From NCBI GenBank assembly GCA_905234795.1, contig CAJOIQ010000004.1:1582-65581 (forward strand): a DNA stretch of 64,000 nt, read 5' to 3'. This stretch comes from an uncultured Bacteroidales bacterium. GTDB taxonomy: Bacteria > Bacteroidota > Bacteroidia > Bacteroidales > UBA932. Below, piece after piece: positions 9,702-19,821 of this stretch. The translations under genes and the position numbers were made by a program. A model generated the notes under the pieces. The model ran no database searches. It was given only the letters and a program-made list of their open reading frames with translations, and had not been told where the DNA came from. Each line of letters starts with the position of its first letter. The stretch's first letter is position 1.

Positions 9702-11015
9702 ATGAAAGCACTGCTCATTGCCCTGGCCTTTATGGCCCAGCCCACCGATTCCCTTCCGGACCTCTCTCATCCCTGGTCCCTGCAGGAGTGCACCCAGTGG
9801 GCCCTGGAGCACAACCTCACGGTAGCTGCCCAGGAAGTGACCGTACAAGGCAGGGAAATTGACAAGAATACGGCCGACATGGCCTGGCTGCCCTCGGTGA
9901 ATGGTTCCGTGAGCGAGAACTGGAGCTTCGGCCGCGGTATCGGCGGAAACAATACCTATGAGAGCGGTAACTCGGCCAGCACCGGCTTCAACCTGGGTGC
10001 CAGCATGAACCTCTTCGACGGCCTGGCCACGCCCCGGCGCATGCAACTGGCCAAACTGAACCTGGAAGCGGCCACCGAAGACCTGGAGAAAGCCCGTAAC
10101 GACATCCGCGTACAGGTAGCTCAGGCCTATGTCCAGATCCTTTACAATTATGAAATAGCCGATGTGGCCCGGGAACAGCTGGCCATCGACTCCCTGCAAG
10201 TGGAGCGGCTGGAAGGCCTCTTCGGCACCGGCAAGGCCAGCGCCGCCGAGGTATCCCAGCAGAAAGCCTCCCTGGCTCAGAGTCAGGTAACCCTGATCCA
10301 GGCCCGGAACAACGTGCGCACGTCCCTGCTCACCCTGGCCCAGCTGCTGGAGCTCCCTTCCTGGGAACAGTTCTCTGTCTTACGACCCAAGGTGGAGATG
10401 GAAGAGCTGTACATCGGCCATCCCGACGACATCTATGCCGAAGCCCTGGGCGTCCGTCCGGAAATCCGTGCGGAACAGCTGCGGCTGGAAGGCAGTGCCA
10501 AACAGCTCCAGATCACCAAGGCGGCTTACTACCCTTCCCTGTCCCTGAGCGCCGGCATGGGCACCAATTACTACTCCTCCTTTGCCACGCAGAGCTTCTG
10601 GAACCAGCTGAGCAACAACTTCAGCCAGTATGTGGGCCTGTCCCTGAACATCCCCATCTTCAACAAGTTCAGCACCCGCAACCAGGTGCGCACCGCCAAG
10701 CTGCAGCAGACCAGCCAGCAGCTGCAGCTGCGCCGCACCCAGCAAACGTTGTATAAAGAGATTCAGCAGGCCTGGAACAGTGCCGTGGCGGCCCGCGCCA
10801 AGTGGGAAGCCTCCAACACCGCCGCCAGCGCCGCCCAGGACGCCTTTGTCCTCACGCAGGCCAAATACGAGAACGGGAAAGCCACCTTTACGGAATTCAA
10901 CGAGAGCCGCAACCGCCTGGTCAAAGCCCAGTCCGACGCCGTACAGGCCACCTATGAATACCTGTACCAGACCCGCCTGGTAGAATTCTACCGCGGCGGC
11001 GCGCTGGTGCTGTAA
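9702..11015 (+). CDS. TolC family outer membrane efflux protein
   Basis: WSLQECTQWALEHN start, two OEP repeats, PSLSLSAG and LNIPIFN motifs. Confidence 0.92.
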   Translation: MKALLIALAFMAQPTDSLPDLSHPWSLQECTQWALEHNLTVAAQEVTVQGREIDKNTADMAWLPSVNGSVSENWSFGRGIGGNNTYESGNSASTGFNLGASMNLFDGLATPRRMQLAKLNLEAATEDLEKARNDIRVQVAQAYVQILYNYEIADVAREQLAIDSLQVERLEGLFGTGKASAAEVSQQKASLAQSQVTLIQARNNVRTSLLTLAQLLELPSWEQFSVLRPKVEMEELYIGHPDDIYAEALGVRPEIRAEQLRLEGSAKQLQITKAAYYPSLSLSAGMGTNYYSSFATQSFWNQLSNNFSQYVGLSLNIPIFNKFSTRNQVRTAKLQQTSQQLQLRRTQQTLYKEIQQAWNSAVAARAKWEASNTAASAAQDAFVLTQAKYENGKATFTEFNESRNRLVKAQSDAVQATYEYLYQTRLVEFYRGGALVL

Positions 11016-11016
11016 C

Positions 11017-12297
11017 TTAATTGCCTTTCCAGATATAGACTTTGTCGTTCCGGCGGGGGTGGATGCTCTCGCCGGATTCCGTCTTGTCTTGGGGCATGGA
11101 TTCCGGCGGAATGGCCACCGAGCAGCGGATGCCCTGGGGGGCCACGTCGGCAGGTTCGTAATCCACGCGCAGGTCGTCGGCCGTCACTTCCAGCATGCCG
11201 GTCTTGTGGCCGATGAAAAGCAGCCTGTCTCCCTTATGAAGGTCCGTGGCATCCACCTGGATTTCCACCACGTTCAGTTTGGCGAACCAGTTGGTCACCG
11301 GCCCTACATATACTTTGGTGCGGGTGGCGCTACTGCCGTATTTCGCGCTCCATTCGCCCATTTTCTCTCCCAGATAGTATCCGTTCCAGAAGCCGCGGTT
11401 AAACACGGTGGACAGCGCAGACTTATAGCTGGCGCCTAGTGACGGGGTGAAAGTGCCGTCGGCCACGGCATCGGCCGCCTTCCGGTAGCATTCGGCGGTC
11501 ACTTTTACATAGTCGGCGCTGCGGGCACGGCCTTCAATCTTGAACACTTTGACGCCGGCTTCCACAAACTTGTCCAGGAACTCGATGGTGCACAGGTCCT
11601 TGGGGGACATCAGGTATTTGTTGTCCACATGGATGGCGTCGCCGGTCTCGTAGTCCGTGAGCAGGTAGCCGCGGCGGCAGGCCTGCAGGCAGTTGCCCCG
11701 GTTGGCGCTTTCGCCATAGGCCGACAAGGACAGGTAGCATTTGCCGGAAACAGCCATGCAGAAGGCCCCGTGGGCGAACATCTCTATGCGCACCAGGTTC
11801 CCGGACGGACCTTTGACCTGCTCCCGGATGATGCCTTCATGAATGGCCTTCACCTGTTCCAGCGTGAGTTCCCGGGCCAGGACCACTACATCGGCCCACT
11901 GGGCGTAGAACTTGAGGGCCTCCAGGTTGGAAATGCTCAGCTGGGTGGAAATATGGACCTCCAGGCCAATCTGGCGGCAGTACAGGATGCAGGCCATGTC
12001 GGAGGCGATGATGGCGTCCACCCCGGCGGCCTTGGCGGCGTCCAGCGTCTCGCGGGCCTCCTGGAGTTCCTCCCCATAAAGCGTGATGTTCAGGGTCATA
12101 TAGGCCTTTACGCCGTACGCGCGGCAGATGCGCAGGATTTCCGGAAGGTCCTCCCGCGTGAAATTGTTGGCCGAATGGGAACGCATGTTCAAATGGCCGA
12201 TGCCGAAGTACACGGAGTCCGCCCCGCCCTGTATGGCGGCCAGCAGGCAGCCGAAGTTTCCCGCCGGCGCCATGATTTCCAGTTCTTTCCGGTTCAT
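11017..12297 (-). CDS. U32 family peptidase-like protein (probably an RNA hydroxylation-type family member)
   Basis: ELEIMAPAGN, GADSVYFG, HGAFCMAVSGKC, CLQACRR and KIEGRAR motifs. Start moved to ATG 12297 because the longer track ORF overlaps the promoter. Confidence 0.88.
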   Translation of the reverse strand: MNRKELEIMAPAGNFGCLLAAIQGGADSVYFGIGHLNMRSHSANNFTREDLPEILRICRAYGVKAYMTLNITLYGEELQEARETLDAAKAAGVDAIIASDMACILYCRQIGLEVHISTQLSISNLEALKFYAQWADVVVLARELTLEQVKAIHEGIIREQVKGPSGNLVRIEMFAHGAFCMAVSGKCYLSLSAYGESANRGNCLQACRRGYLLTDYETGDAIHVDNKYLMSPKDLCTIEFLDKFVEAGVKVFKIEGRARSADYVKVTAECYRKAADAVADGTFTPSLGASYKSALSTVFNRGFWNGYYLGEKMGEWSAKYGSSATRTKVYVGPVTNWFAKLNVVEIQVDATDLHKGDRLLFIGHKTGMLEVTADDLRVDYEPADVAPQGIRCSVAIPPESMPQDKTESGESIHPRRNDKVYIWKGN

Positions 12298-12301
12298 GGC
12301 G

Positions 12302-12329
12302 CAAAGGTAGCACATTTTTTGTACCTTTG
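12302..12329. promoter_or_regulatory. Divergent pair of -7 elements (TACCTTTG on - at 12302-12309 and on + at 12322-12329)
   Basis: Two TAnnTTTG matches back to back between the divergent U32 and S41 genes. Confidence 0.65.
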
Positions 12330-12337
12330 TCCCAGTT

Positions 12338-13963
12338 ATGAAACGAATCTTTGTTGTGCTGGCCGCCCTGGCGGTCACTTTGAGCGCCGCGGCGCAGTCC
12401 AAGAACTTCTCCCTGGGCAAGTGGGTGGAGGTACAGAATGCCATTTTGAAAGAATTGAACCGTTCCTATGTGGATTCCCTGGAAGTGGGCCGCATCGAAC
12501 GGGAGGGCATCGACGCCATGCTGGAAGCCCTGGATCCCTATACTGTATATGTGCCGGAGGAAGAGCAGGAGAACTTCCAGATGATGATGTCCAATACCTA
12601 CGGAGGCATCGGCGCCATCATTTACAAGCCCGACGTGAACGGCAACGTCATCATCAACGAACCTTACGCCAATTCCCCTGCCGCCAAGGCGGGGCTGCGC
12701 TGCGGGGACGAGATTGAGACCATCGACGGCGTCACCACCCACGGCCTCACCAGCCAGGAAAGCAGCGACCGCATGCGGGGAAAGCCCGGAACCACCGTGG
12801 TGTTCCGTGTGAAGAAACTGCGTGCCGGGGAAAAATGGAAGGCCGGTGAAACCATAGAGGTGTCCGTGGTGCGGGAACGCATCGTGCTGCCTTCCATTTC
12901 CTATGTGGGTATGCTTAACAGCAAGGACGGCTATATCCTGCTGGACAAGTTTACCGACGGCGTGGGCCAGGGCATCCGGGACGCTTACTATCGGCTCAAA
13001 AACCAGGGCATGCAACGCCTGGTGCTGGATTTGCGCGGCAACGGCGGCGGCGTAATGCAGGAGGCCGTAAACATTGTCTCGCTCTTTGTTCCCAAGGGCT
13101 CGGTAGTGGTGACGGCCAAAGGCCGCGGCAACGGTGCCGATGCCACCTATAAGACCACCACAGATCCCATCGACACCCAAATCCCCATCCTGGTGCTGGT
13201 GGACGGCGGCAGCGCATCGGCCAGCGAGATTGTCTCCGGCGCCCTGCAGGACTACGACCGTGCCACCATCGCGGGCACCCGTACCTACGGCAAGGGCCTG
13301 GTGCAGAGCATCCGCCCGTTGCCCTACAACGGCCAGCTCAAGGTGACCACCGCCAAATATTACACACCTTCGGGCCGATGCGTCCAGGCCATCGACTACT
13401 CCAACCGCAAGGAGGACGGCAGCGTGGGGCAGATTCCGGATTCCCTCACCCACAGCTTCACTACGGCACACGGCCGCACGGTGAAAGACGGTGGCGGCAT
13501 CACCCCGGACTTTGAGGTCAAGGCACACAAGTACTCCCGCCTCACCTATTCCCTGGTGTACAGCGGCGTGCTGGAGGAATATGCGCTCCATTATGTGAAG
13601 AATCACGCTTCCATCCCTCCCGTGGCCGATTTCCACTTTGCCGACTACGACGACTTCATCGCCTTCGCCGCCGACAAAAAGTTCGACTACCGTTCATCGG
13701 CCCGGGCCCTCTTCGATGAGATGAAGAAGAACCTGGAGGAAGACGGTCTCACGGAGGCCATGGGCAGCGAACTGGAAGCCCTGCAGAAGTCCCTGGAGAT
13801 GGATAAGGAGACCTTCCTGCGCCTGAAGAAGGATGAAATCATCCCCTTCATCGAGGAAGAGATTGTGGTGCGGTATTACTTCCAGGAAGCGGGCGTGGAG
13901 GTGCGTCTCCGCGTGGACGAACAGCTGCACAAGGCGCTGGAGGTGCCCGCTATCAGCTACTAA
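12338..13963 (+). CDS. S41 family C-terminal processing peptidase
   Basis: Signal peptide, LDPYT, PDZ domain, DLRGNGGG, SASASEIVSGALQD and GKGLVQ motifs. Confidence 0.94.
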   Translation: MKRIFVVLAALAVTLSAAAQSKNFSLGKWVEVQNAILKELNRSYVDSLEVGRIEREGIDAMLEALDPYTVYVPEEEQENFQMMMSNTYGGIGAIIYKPDVNGNVIINEPYANSPAAKAGLRCGDEIETIDGVTTHGLTSQESSDRMRGKPGTTVVFRVKKLRAGEKWKAGETIEVSVVRERIVLPSISYVGMLNSKDGYILLDKFTDGVGQGIRDAYYRLKNQGMQRLVLDLRGNGGGVMQEAVNIVSLFVPKGSVVVTAKGRGNGADATYKTTTDPIDTQIPILVLVDGGSASASEIVSGALQDYDRATIAGTRTYGKGLVQSIRPLPYNGQLKVTTAKYYTPSGRCVQAIDYSNRKEDGSVGQIPDSLTHSFTTAHGRTVKDGGGITPDFEVKAHKYSRLTYSLVYSGVLEEYALHYVKNHASIPPVADFHFADYDDFIAFAADKKFDYRSSARALFDEMKKNLEEDGLTEAMGSELEALQKSLEMDKETFLRLKKDEIIPFIEEEIVVRYYFQEAGVEVRLRVDEQLHKALEVPAISY

Positions 13964-13973
13964 GACCTATAAG

Positions 13974-13993
13974 CAGAAGAGATGTCTCTTCTG
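13974..13993. terminator. Hairpin after the S41 gene (possible terminator)
   Basis: cagaagaga-tg-tctcttctg perfect stem; no strong U-run. Confidence 0.4.
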
Positions 13994-14142
13994 TCACGGA
14001 ATGCAACCTACAACGCGAAAAACGTCAAAATCGCGTAACCGGTTGCCGGCGGGGGGTGGGACCTGCACCATTCAAAGGCGAGACCTGCGCCATTGACATA
14101 ATCGGCAAAAAGGATTATCTTTGTAAACTAATCTTCCACGCC

Positions 14143-15117
14143 ATGATTGAGGACAAAGTGATTGACCAGGCCATCAGGGACCTGTTTGACAATATCCAAT
14201 TCCAGAAATCCCCCGAGGGCCTGTACGACCCTCTCCGGTACATGATTGCCATCGGCGGCAAGCGGATACGGCCGCGGCTGTGCCTTACCACCTATGGCAT
14301 CTTTGCCGACGAGCTCAAGCCGGAGATCCTGGAACCGGCCGCCGCTCTGGAGGTCTTCCACACGTTTACCCTCATCCACGACGACATCATGGACCGCAGT
14401 CCCCTGCGCAGGGGTCACGACACCGTTTGGAAAAAATGGAACGAGGACACGGCCATCCTGAGCGGAGACGTCATGTTCATAGACTCCTACCGGCGTATTT
14501 CCCAGGCACCGGCCGCCTTGCTCCCGCAGGTACTCGACCTGTTCTCCAAAACGGCCAGCGAGGTTTGCGACGGCCAGCAGATGGACATGGACTTCGAAAA
14601 ACGCCAGAGCGTCTCCATGCAGGAATACATGCAGATGATCGGCCTCAAAACCGGCGTGCTCCTGGCCTGCGCCGCCCAGTTGGGCGCCCTCATTGGCGGA
14701 GCCGACCAGTGGAGCCAGGACTGCATGTACGAATACGGCTATTACCTGGGCCTGGCTTTCCAGGTGGCCGACGACTACCTGGACGCCTACGGTGACGAGA
14801 AAGTGTTCGGCAAACCCATCGGCGGAGACATCCTCAACGGCAAAAAGTCCTGGCTCACCGTAAAAGCCATGGAACTGGGTGCCGAAGGCCTGGAAGAGGC
14901 GCTGGCCACCCCCGCCAATACGCCGGAGGAAAAAGCCGCCAAGATTGCCCGTGTAAAGGCCATCTACGACACCCTGGGCATTCCCGAAGCCGCCCGTAAA
15001 GACATCAAGCACCTCACTACCCGCGCCATCTTCAAAGGCACCGACGCCCGCATGGGAGGGGATGGAATGCAGGTGCTGGAAAACTTCGCCCACAGCCTCA
15101 TCAGCCGCACGGTTTAG
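14143..15117 (+). CDS. polyprenyl synthetase (FPP/GGPP synthase, IspA-like)
   Basis: GGKRIRP, HDDIMDRS, GQQMD, KTG and FQVADDYLD motifs. Start set at ATG 14143. Confidence 0.92.
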   Translation: MIEDKVIDQAIRDLFDNIQFQKSPEGLYDPLRYMIAIGGKRIRPRLCLTTYGIFADELKPEILEPAAALEVFHTFTLIHDDIMDRSPLRRGHDTVWKKWNEDTAILSGDVMFIDSYRRISQAPAALLPQVLDLFSKTASEVCDGQQMDMDFEKRQSVSMQEYMQMIGLKTGVLLACAAQLGALIGGADQWSQDCMYEYGYYLGLAFQVADDYLDAYGDEKVFGKPIGGDILNGKKSWLTVKAMELGAEGLEEALATPANTPEEKAAKIARVKAIYDTLGIPEAARKDIKHLTTRAIFKGTDARMGGDGMQVLENFAHSLISRTV

Positions 15118-15185
15118 TTATTAAATTTTTTTATTAATAAAATTTTTCGTACCTTTGCGCCCGGTTAGTTAGTATTTGATTCGTT

Positions 15186-15812
15186 ATGAAGATCGTATTT
15201 GCAACGGGCAATCCCGGGAAAATCCGGGAAGCTGCTGAGATTTTGGGCGAGGGTTTTGAGCTCGTTACCCCCGCTGAGCTTGGGATCACAGAGGATCTCC
15301 CCGAAACCGGCAACACTCTCAGGGCCAACTCCATGCAGAAGGCCGACTATATCTATAAGAAGACGGGAATGAACTGCTTCGCCGACGATTCCGGCCTGGA
15401 AGTGGACATCCTGGGCGGCGCACCCGGCGTAGAGACCGCGCGTTATGCCGGTCCGCAGCGCAATGCCGACGCCAACATCGACAAACTCCTGAGCGAGATG
15501 GCACGCCGGGAAAAAGAGGCCGCCATGGCCCGCACCAACGGCCTTTCCACCGCCAAAGCGCAGCGCACGGCCCGCTTCCGCACTTCCGTCACCCTCATCC
15601 TTAACGGTGAGCACCACTTCTTCGACGGCGTGATGGAAGGGACCATCGGCACAAAACGCGCCGGAAAAGGCGGATTCGGCTACGACCCTATCTTCATTCC
15701 CCAGGGATACACCCAAACCAATGCCCAGCTGGGCGACAGCGTCAAAAACGCCATTTCCCACCGCGGGAAAGCCCTCAGGGCCATGGCGGAATTCCTGAAT
15801 GGACAACATTGA
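15186..15812 (+). CDS. rdgB: non-canonical purine NTP pyrophosphatase (RdgB/HAM1)
   Basis: ATGNPGK, ETGNT, ADDSGL, FGYDPIF and KNAISHRGKA motifs. Confidence 0.93.
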   Translation: MKIVFATGNPGKIREAAEILGEGFELVTPAELGITEDLPETGNTLRANSMQKADYIYKKTGMNCFADDSGLEVDILGGAPGVETARYAGPQRNADANIDKLLSEMARREKEAAMARTNGLSTAKAQRTARFRTSVTLILNGEHHFFDGVMEGTIGTKRAGKGGFGYDPIFIPQGYTQTNAQLGDSVKNAISHRGKALRAMAEFLNGQH

Positions 15813-16446
15813 ACTCATAGTGCTGGGAACCACCAAGGTGGGCGAAAACGCCCTGGTGGTACATACCTTGTCGCGTGAGTGGGGCCGGCGGGGCTTTCTG
15901 GTGCGCAGCGCACGGAAGACCGGCACGGCCCTCTTTCTTCCCCTGAACATCCTGGAGGCCGACGTGGTGGAAAACAGCAAGAGCGAGCTGTGGAGCCTGA
16001 AGGGCATCGTTCTCAAAGACGCCCTGCCGGGCATCCGGGAGAACCTCCAGAAAAACACCATGACGCTGTTCCTGGCCGAAGTCCTGTTCCGCACCATCCG
16101 GGAAGGCGTGAACGAAGACGGCCTGTACGACTGGTGCGTGAGCAGCATCCTCACACTCAATGCGCTGGAGGCCGACTACGCCAACTACCCGGTGCGGTTC
16201 CTGCTGGAATTGTCCGGCGCCCTGGGTTTCCGTCCCAGCTTTGACAACATCGCCCCCTTCGCCGGGGAGCATCTGGAGCCCATGAAGGCCATGGTGACCG
16301 GCAGTTTTGCCGACTGTATGCTGCTGCCCCTGAACGGCGCCACGCGCAACGCCCTGTGCGAAGAACTGCTCCAGTACCTGTCCTATCACACCGATTCCAG
16401 GATTCAGGTAAAATCATTGGCGGTTTTACGGGAATTGTACCGATAA
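15799..16446 (+). CDS. recO: DNA repair protein RecO
   Basis: N-terminal OB-type pattern (VLGTTKVGENALVVHTLSREWGR) and Bacteroidota-type C-terminus KSLAVLRELY. Confidence 0.8.
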   Translation: MDNIELIVLGTTKVGENALVVHTLSREWGRRGFLVRSARKTGTALFLPLNILEADVVENSKSELWSLKGIVLKDALPGIRENLQKNTMTLFLAEVLFRTIREGVNEDGLYDWCVSSILTLNALEADYANYPVRFLLELSGALGFRPSFDNIAPFAGEHLEPMKAMVTGSFADCMLLPLNGATRNALCEELLQYLSYHTDSRIQVKSLAVLRELYR

Positions 16447-16482
16447 TTTCGTACATTTGTGTGCTAAATCCACACAAACGTA

Positions 16483-17625
16483 ATGAAACTCACCAAACCC
16501 CGCCGTTCCACTATTGAGGCCCTTGTATTTCTGGCCCTTCTCATTGTTGTATTCACCCTGCTGGGCAGCAGGATGGGTGGCGGCAATATGATCAAGACCG
16601 TTATGAACACGGCTCACGACCTCCTGCTCAATACCGTGTTCTATCTGATGGGCATCACCGTGCTCACCGGTGCGCTGAGCAAGCTGATGTCCGAATTCGG
16701 CGTAGTTACCCTGCTGGAAAAAGTGCTCCGGCCCCTCATGAAGCCCCTGTACAACCTGCCCGGCGTGGCGGCCCTGGGTGGCGTGATGACCTTCCTCAGT
16801 GACAACCCCGCCATCATTTCCCTGTCTAAGGACAAGAAATTCAGTTCCTATTTCAAGAAATACCAGCTCATTTCCCTCACCAACTTCGGCACCGCCTTCG
16901 GCATGGGCTTCGTGGTCATCATCACCATGATCGGCTACGGCCAGGTGACCGGTGCCCTCGTCGGCCTGGCGGGCGCCATCTGCGGTTCCGTCATCAGCAC
17001 CCGCCTGATGCAGCGCAGCTGCCTCAAGGAGTATCCGGAGCTGGACCAGCCCGTGGCCGATACCATACAGGAGGAAATCCCGGAGGACAATGCCGTCAAG
17101 AAGAAGGACGGCATCTTCATGCGTTTCCTCAACGCCATCCTGGACGGCGGCAAGAACGGTGTGGAACTGGGTCTGCAGATTATTCCCGGCGTGCTCATCA
17201 TCACCACCGCCGTCATCATGATTACCTTCGGCACCGGTACCGCGGGCGTCTATAACGGATCTTCCTCCCAGGGCGTTCCCATCCTGCCCTGGCTGGCCGA
17301 GAAAATCCACTGGGTGTTCGAGTGGCTCTTCGGCTTCAACAGCATGGAACTCATCGCCTTCCCCATGACGGCCCTGGGTGCTGTGGGTGCCGCACTGGGC
17401 CTGCTGCCCACCTTCAACGCCGCCGGCATCCTGGACGGTAACGCCATAGCCGTTTTCACCGCCATCGGCATGTGCTGGAGCGGATACCTTTCCACCCACA
17501 CCGCCATGCTGGACAGCCTGGGATACCGCAAAGTCATTTCCAAGGCCCTGGGCGCCCACACCATCGCAGGCCTCTGCGCCGGCATCATCGCCCATTTCCT
17601 TTATTTACTGGTTTCGCTGATATAG
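16483..17625 (+). CDS. uncharacterised multi-pass membrane protein (resembles the CD0519/CD1768-type, nucleoside-recognition Gate-like family)
   Basis: About 9-10 TM segments; LYNLPGVAALG, FLSDNPAII, LTNFGTAFGMG and WSGYLSTHTAMLD motifs. Family recalled, not searched. Confidence 0.6.
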   Translation: MKLTKPRRSTIEALVFLALLIVVFTLLGSRMGGGNMIKTVMNTAHDLLLNTVFYLMGITVLTGALSKLMSEFGVVTLLEKVLRPLMKPLYNLPGVAALGGVMTFLSDNPAIISLSKDKKFSSYFKKYQLISLTNFGTAFGMGFVVIITMIGYGQVTGALVGLAGAICGSVISTRLMQRSCLKEYPELDQPVADTIQEEIPEDNAVKKKDGIFMRFLNAILDGGKNGVELGLQIIPGVLIITTAVIMITFGTGTAGVYNGSSSQGVPILPWLAEKIHWVFEWLFGFNSMELIAFPMTALGAVGAALGLLPTFNAAGILDGNAIAVFTAIGMCWSGYLSTHTAMLDSLGYRKVISKALGAHTIAGLCAGIIAHFLYLLVSLI

Positions 17626-17626
17626 G

Positions 17627-19756
17627 CTATTTGCCTTTCTTGCGGCGCGGCCTGCGTTCGTGCCGGGCCATGGCGCGTTCCATGTCGGCCTCGGGGCTGT
17701 CAAAGTCCTCGGAAGAAGAGGCCTCGGGCATGTCTTCCACCAGTTCGTAGTCCAGCAGTTTCTGCTCCAGGGAGGTGGCTTTCACGCGGATACGCAAGGG
17801 GTCTCCCAGGCGGATGGAACGGTGGGTACGGCGGCCCACGGCGCGGTAGTGTTCTTCGTCGTAGATGAAAAAGTCGCTGCGGATGGTGCGGTAAGGAATC
17901 ATGCCCTCGATCTTGGTGGGCTCAATCTCTACGTAAATGCCCCATTCCGTCACGCCGGACACATGACCGTCGAACTCCTGTCCCACTTTGTCCTGCATGA
18001 ATTCCACCAGCTTGTATTTGATGCTTTCCCGTTCGGCCTCGGCGGCCACAACTTCCCGTTCGGAGGCGTGTTTGCACTGCAGGGCATAGTAGTCGGCATT
18101 GGCGCTTTCCCCGCCCTTTAGGTAGCGGTACAGCAGGCGGTGCACCATCATGTCGGGATACCGGCGGATGGGGGAGGTGAAGTGCGTATAGAAATTGAAG
18201 GCCAGGCCGTAGTGGCCGATGTTGTCCACGGAATAACAGGCCTTGGCCATGGAGCGCAGCGCCAGGATTTGGATGGCGGCCAGCTCCGGTTTGTCTCCGG
18301 CCTGCTCCATGAGCGCGTTAAGGCTCCTGGCAATCTCCCGGCTCCCTTCCATGGATCCCATTTTATAGCCGAAGTGGCCGGCGAAGTCCCGCAGACCGCT
18401 CAGTTTTTCCATATTGGGCTCGTCGTGCACGCGGTACACAAAGGTCTTGGCCTTGGCCAGGGCCTTGCCGCCCATCTTGCCGCCGGTGGCCACGAACTCG
18501 GCCACATTGCGGTTGGCCAGCAGCATAAATTCCTCGATGAGCCAGTTGGCTTCCTTGGAGAACTTCTGATGCACGCCGACGGGCTTGCCGTTTTCGTCCA
18601 CGTCCACTTTCATTTCGGGACGGTCGAAGTTCACGGCGCCGGCCTTGAAACGCTTGGCGCGCAGTTTCAGGGCCAGGTCGTTGAGGGTGAGGATGGCTTC
18701 CTTTACATCGGCCGGCACAATCCCGCACTCGGTTCCGGCGCCGAATTCCTGTTCCATGGCTTTGTCGCCCGCCTCGATGATGGCCTGGGCGCCCTCGTAG
18801 TCAAAGCGGTAGTCGGAGATGATATGGGTGCGGCCGAACCAGGGGTTGATGACCTTGGCCTGGGGCGTAATCTCAAAGACGGCTGAGAAGGTGAGCTTTT
18901 CCTCGTGCGGGCGCAGGGAGCACAGTTTGTTGGACAGTTTCTCCGGCAGCATGGGCACCGTGCGGTCCACCAGGTATACGGAAGTGCCGCGAGCCTGGGC
19001 TTCCCGGTCCACGGCGGTGTCGGGACGCACGTACCAGGTGACATCGGCAATATGGACACCTACCTCGTAGTTGCCGTTTTCCAGTTTCTTGAAGCTGAGG
19101 GCGTCGTCATAGTCCTTGGCGTCGGTGGGGTCGATGGTGAAGGTGAGGGTGTTCCGGAAATCCCGCCGATGTGCCCGGTCTTCGTCGGTGATGGTGTCCG
19201 GAATGGCATCGGCCGCATTCTCCACGTTTTTCTCGAAGCGGTACGGAAGGCCGAATTCGGCCAGGATGGCGTGCATCTCGGTCTCGTTCTCTCCGGGCAT
19301 GCCCAGTACGTCCACCACATGGCCGTAGGGGCCTGCGGCTCCGCGCTCCCAGCCGTCCACCACGGCGGCCACTTTCATGCCGCGCTCTCCGCCTTCCGGT
19401 ACGGGAACGGCAATGTCATAGGGCATGGTCTTGGAGCTCATGAGCACCCAGGCCTGCTTGCCCACGATGTGCAGGATGCCCACGAAAGGTTTGTCGGAAC
19501 GCTGTACAATGGCAATGACTTCTCCGCTGCGGCGTTTGGCCTGTCCGTCCTTTTCCTGCGTGACGACCACCCGCACGATGTCCCCGTTCAGGGCGCCGCG
19601 CGTTTTGGAGGCCTTTACGTAAATATCGTCTTCCTGCCCCTCTACACGCACAAAAATAAAACCCTCGCGGGACATGAGGGCCTTCCCCTCGTACTCGGGG
19701 ATTACGCGTTTCTGCTTATGGTTTTTTCTGTTGGGACTGTTTTTTCGGCGGGACAT
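17627..19756 (-). CDS. rnr: ribonuclease R
   Basis: Cold-shock domain, TIDPTDAKDYDDALS, HFTSPIRRYPD and C-terminal S1 domain. Start set at ATG 19756 because the track GTG overlaps the -7 element TAACTTTG at 19780-19787. Confidence 0.95.
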   Translation of the reverse strand: MSRRKNSPNRKNHKQKRVIPEYEGKALMSREGFIFVRVEGQEDDIYVKASKTRGALNGDIVRVVVTQEKDGQAKRRSGEVIAIVQRSDKPFVGILHIVGKQAWVLMSSKTMPYDIAVPVPEGGERGMKVAAVVDGWERGAAGPYGHVVDVLGMPGENETEMHAILAEFGLPYRFEKNVENAADAIPDTITDEDRAHRRDFRNTLTFTIDPTDAKDYDDALSFKKLENGNYEVGVHIADVTWYVRPDTAVDREAQARGTSVYLVDRTVPMLPEKLSNKLCSLRPHEEKLTFSAVFEITPQAKVINPWFGRTHIISDYRFDYEGAQAIIEAGDKAMEQEFGAGTECGIVPADVKEAILTLNDLALKLRAKRFKAGAVNFDRPEMKVDVDENGKPVGVHQKFSKEANWLIEEFMLLANRNVAEFVATGGKMGGKALAKAKTFVYRVHDEPNMEKLSGLRDFAGHFGYKMGSMEGSREIARSLNALMEQAGDKPELAAIQILALRSMAKACYSVDNIGHYGLAFNFYTHFTSPIRRYPDMMVHRLLYRYLKGGESANADYYALQCKHASEREVVAAEAERESIKYKLVEFMQDKVGQEFDGHVSGVTEWGIYVEIEPTKIEGMIPYRTIRSDFFIYDEEHYRAVGRRTHRSIRLGDPLRIRVKATSLEQKLLDYELVEDMPEASSSEDFDSPEADMERAMARHERRPRRKKGK

Positions 19757-19821
19757 GCTATGCAATTTGATTTCAGGCACAAAGTTACAAAAAAAGCCGG
19801 AACAAAAGCGATTGCCTGGAC

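Noticed and set aside
7104-10199. 1031-aa - strand ORF, and similar long antisense ORFs (3839-5071, 11837-13636, 20854-22674, 25076-26953, 47931-49982, 58381-60069)
   Set aside because: They are codon-register mirrors of well-supported genes, expected with strong GC3 bias, and have no domain motifs.
11017-12444. Collagenase interpretation and extended start of the U32 gene
   Set aside because: U32 proteins of this type are mostly linked to Fe-S-dependent hydroxylation; the extension overlaps the divergent promoters and the S41 gene.
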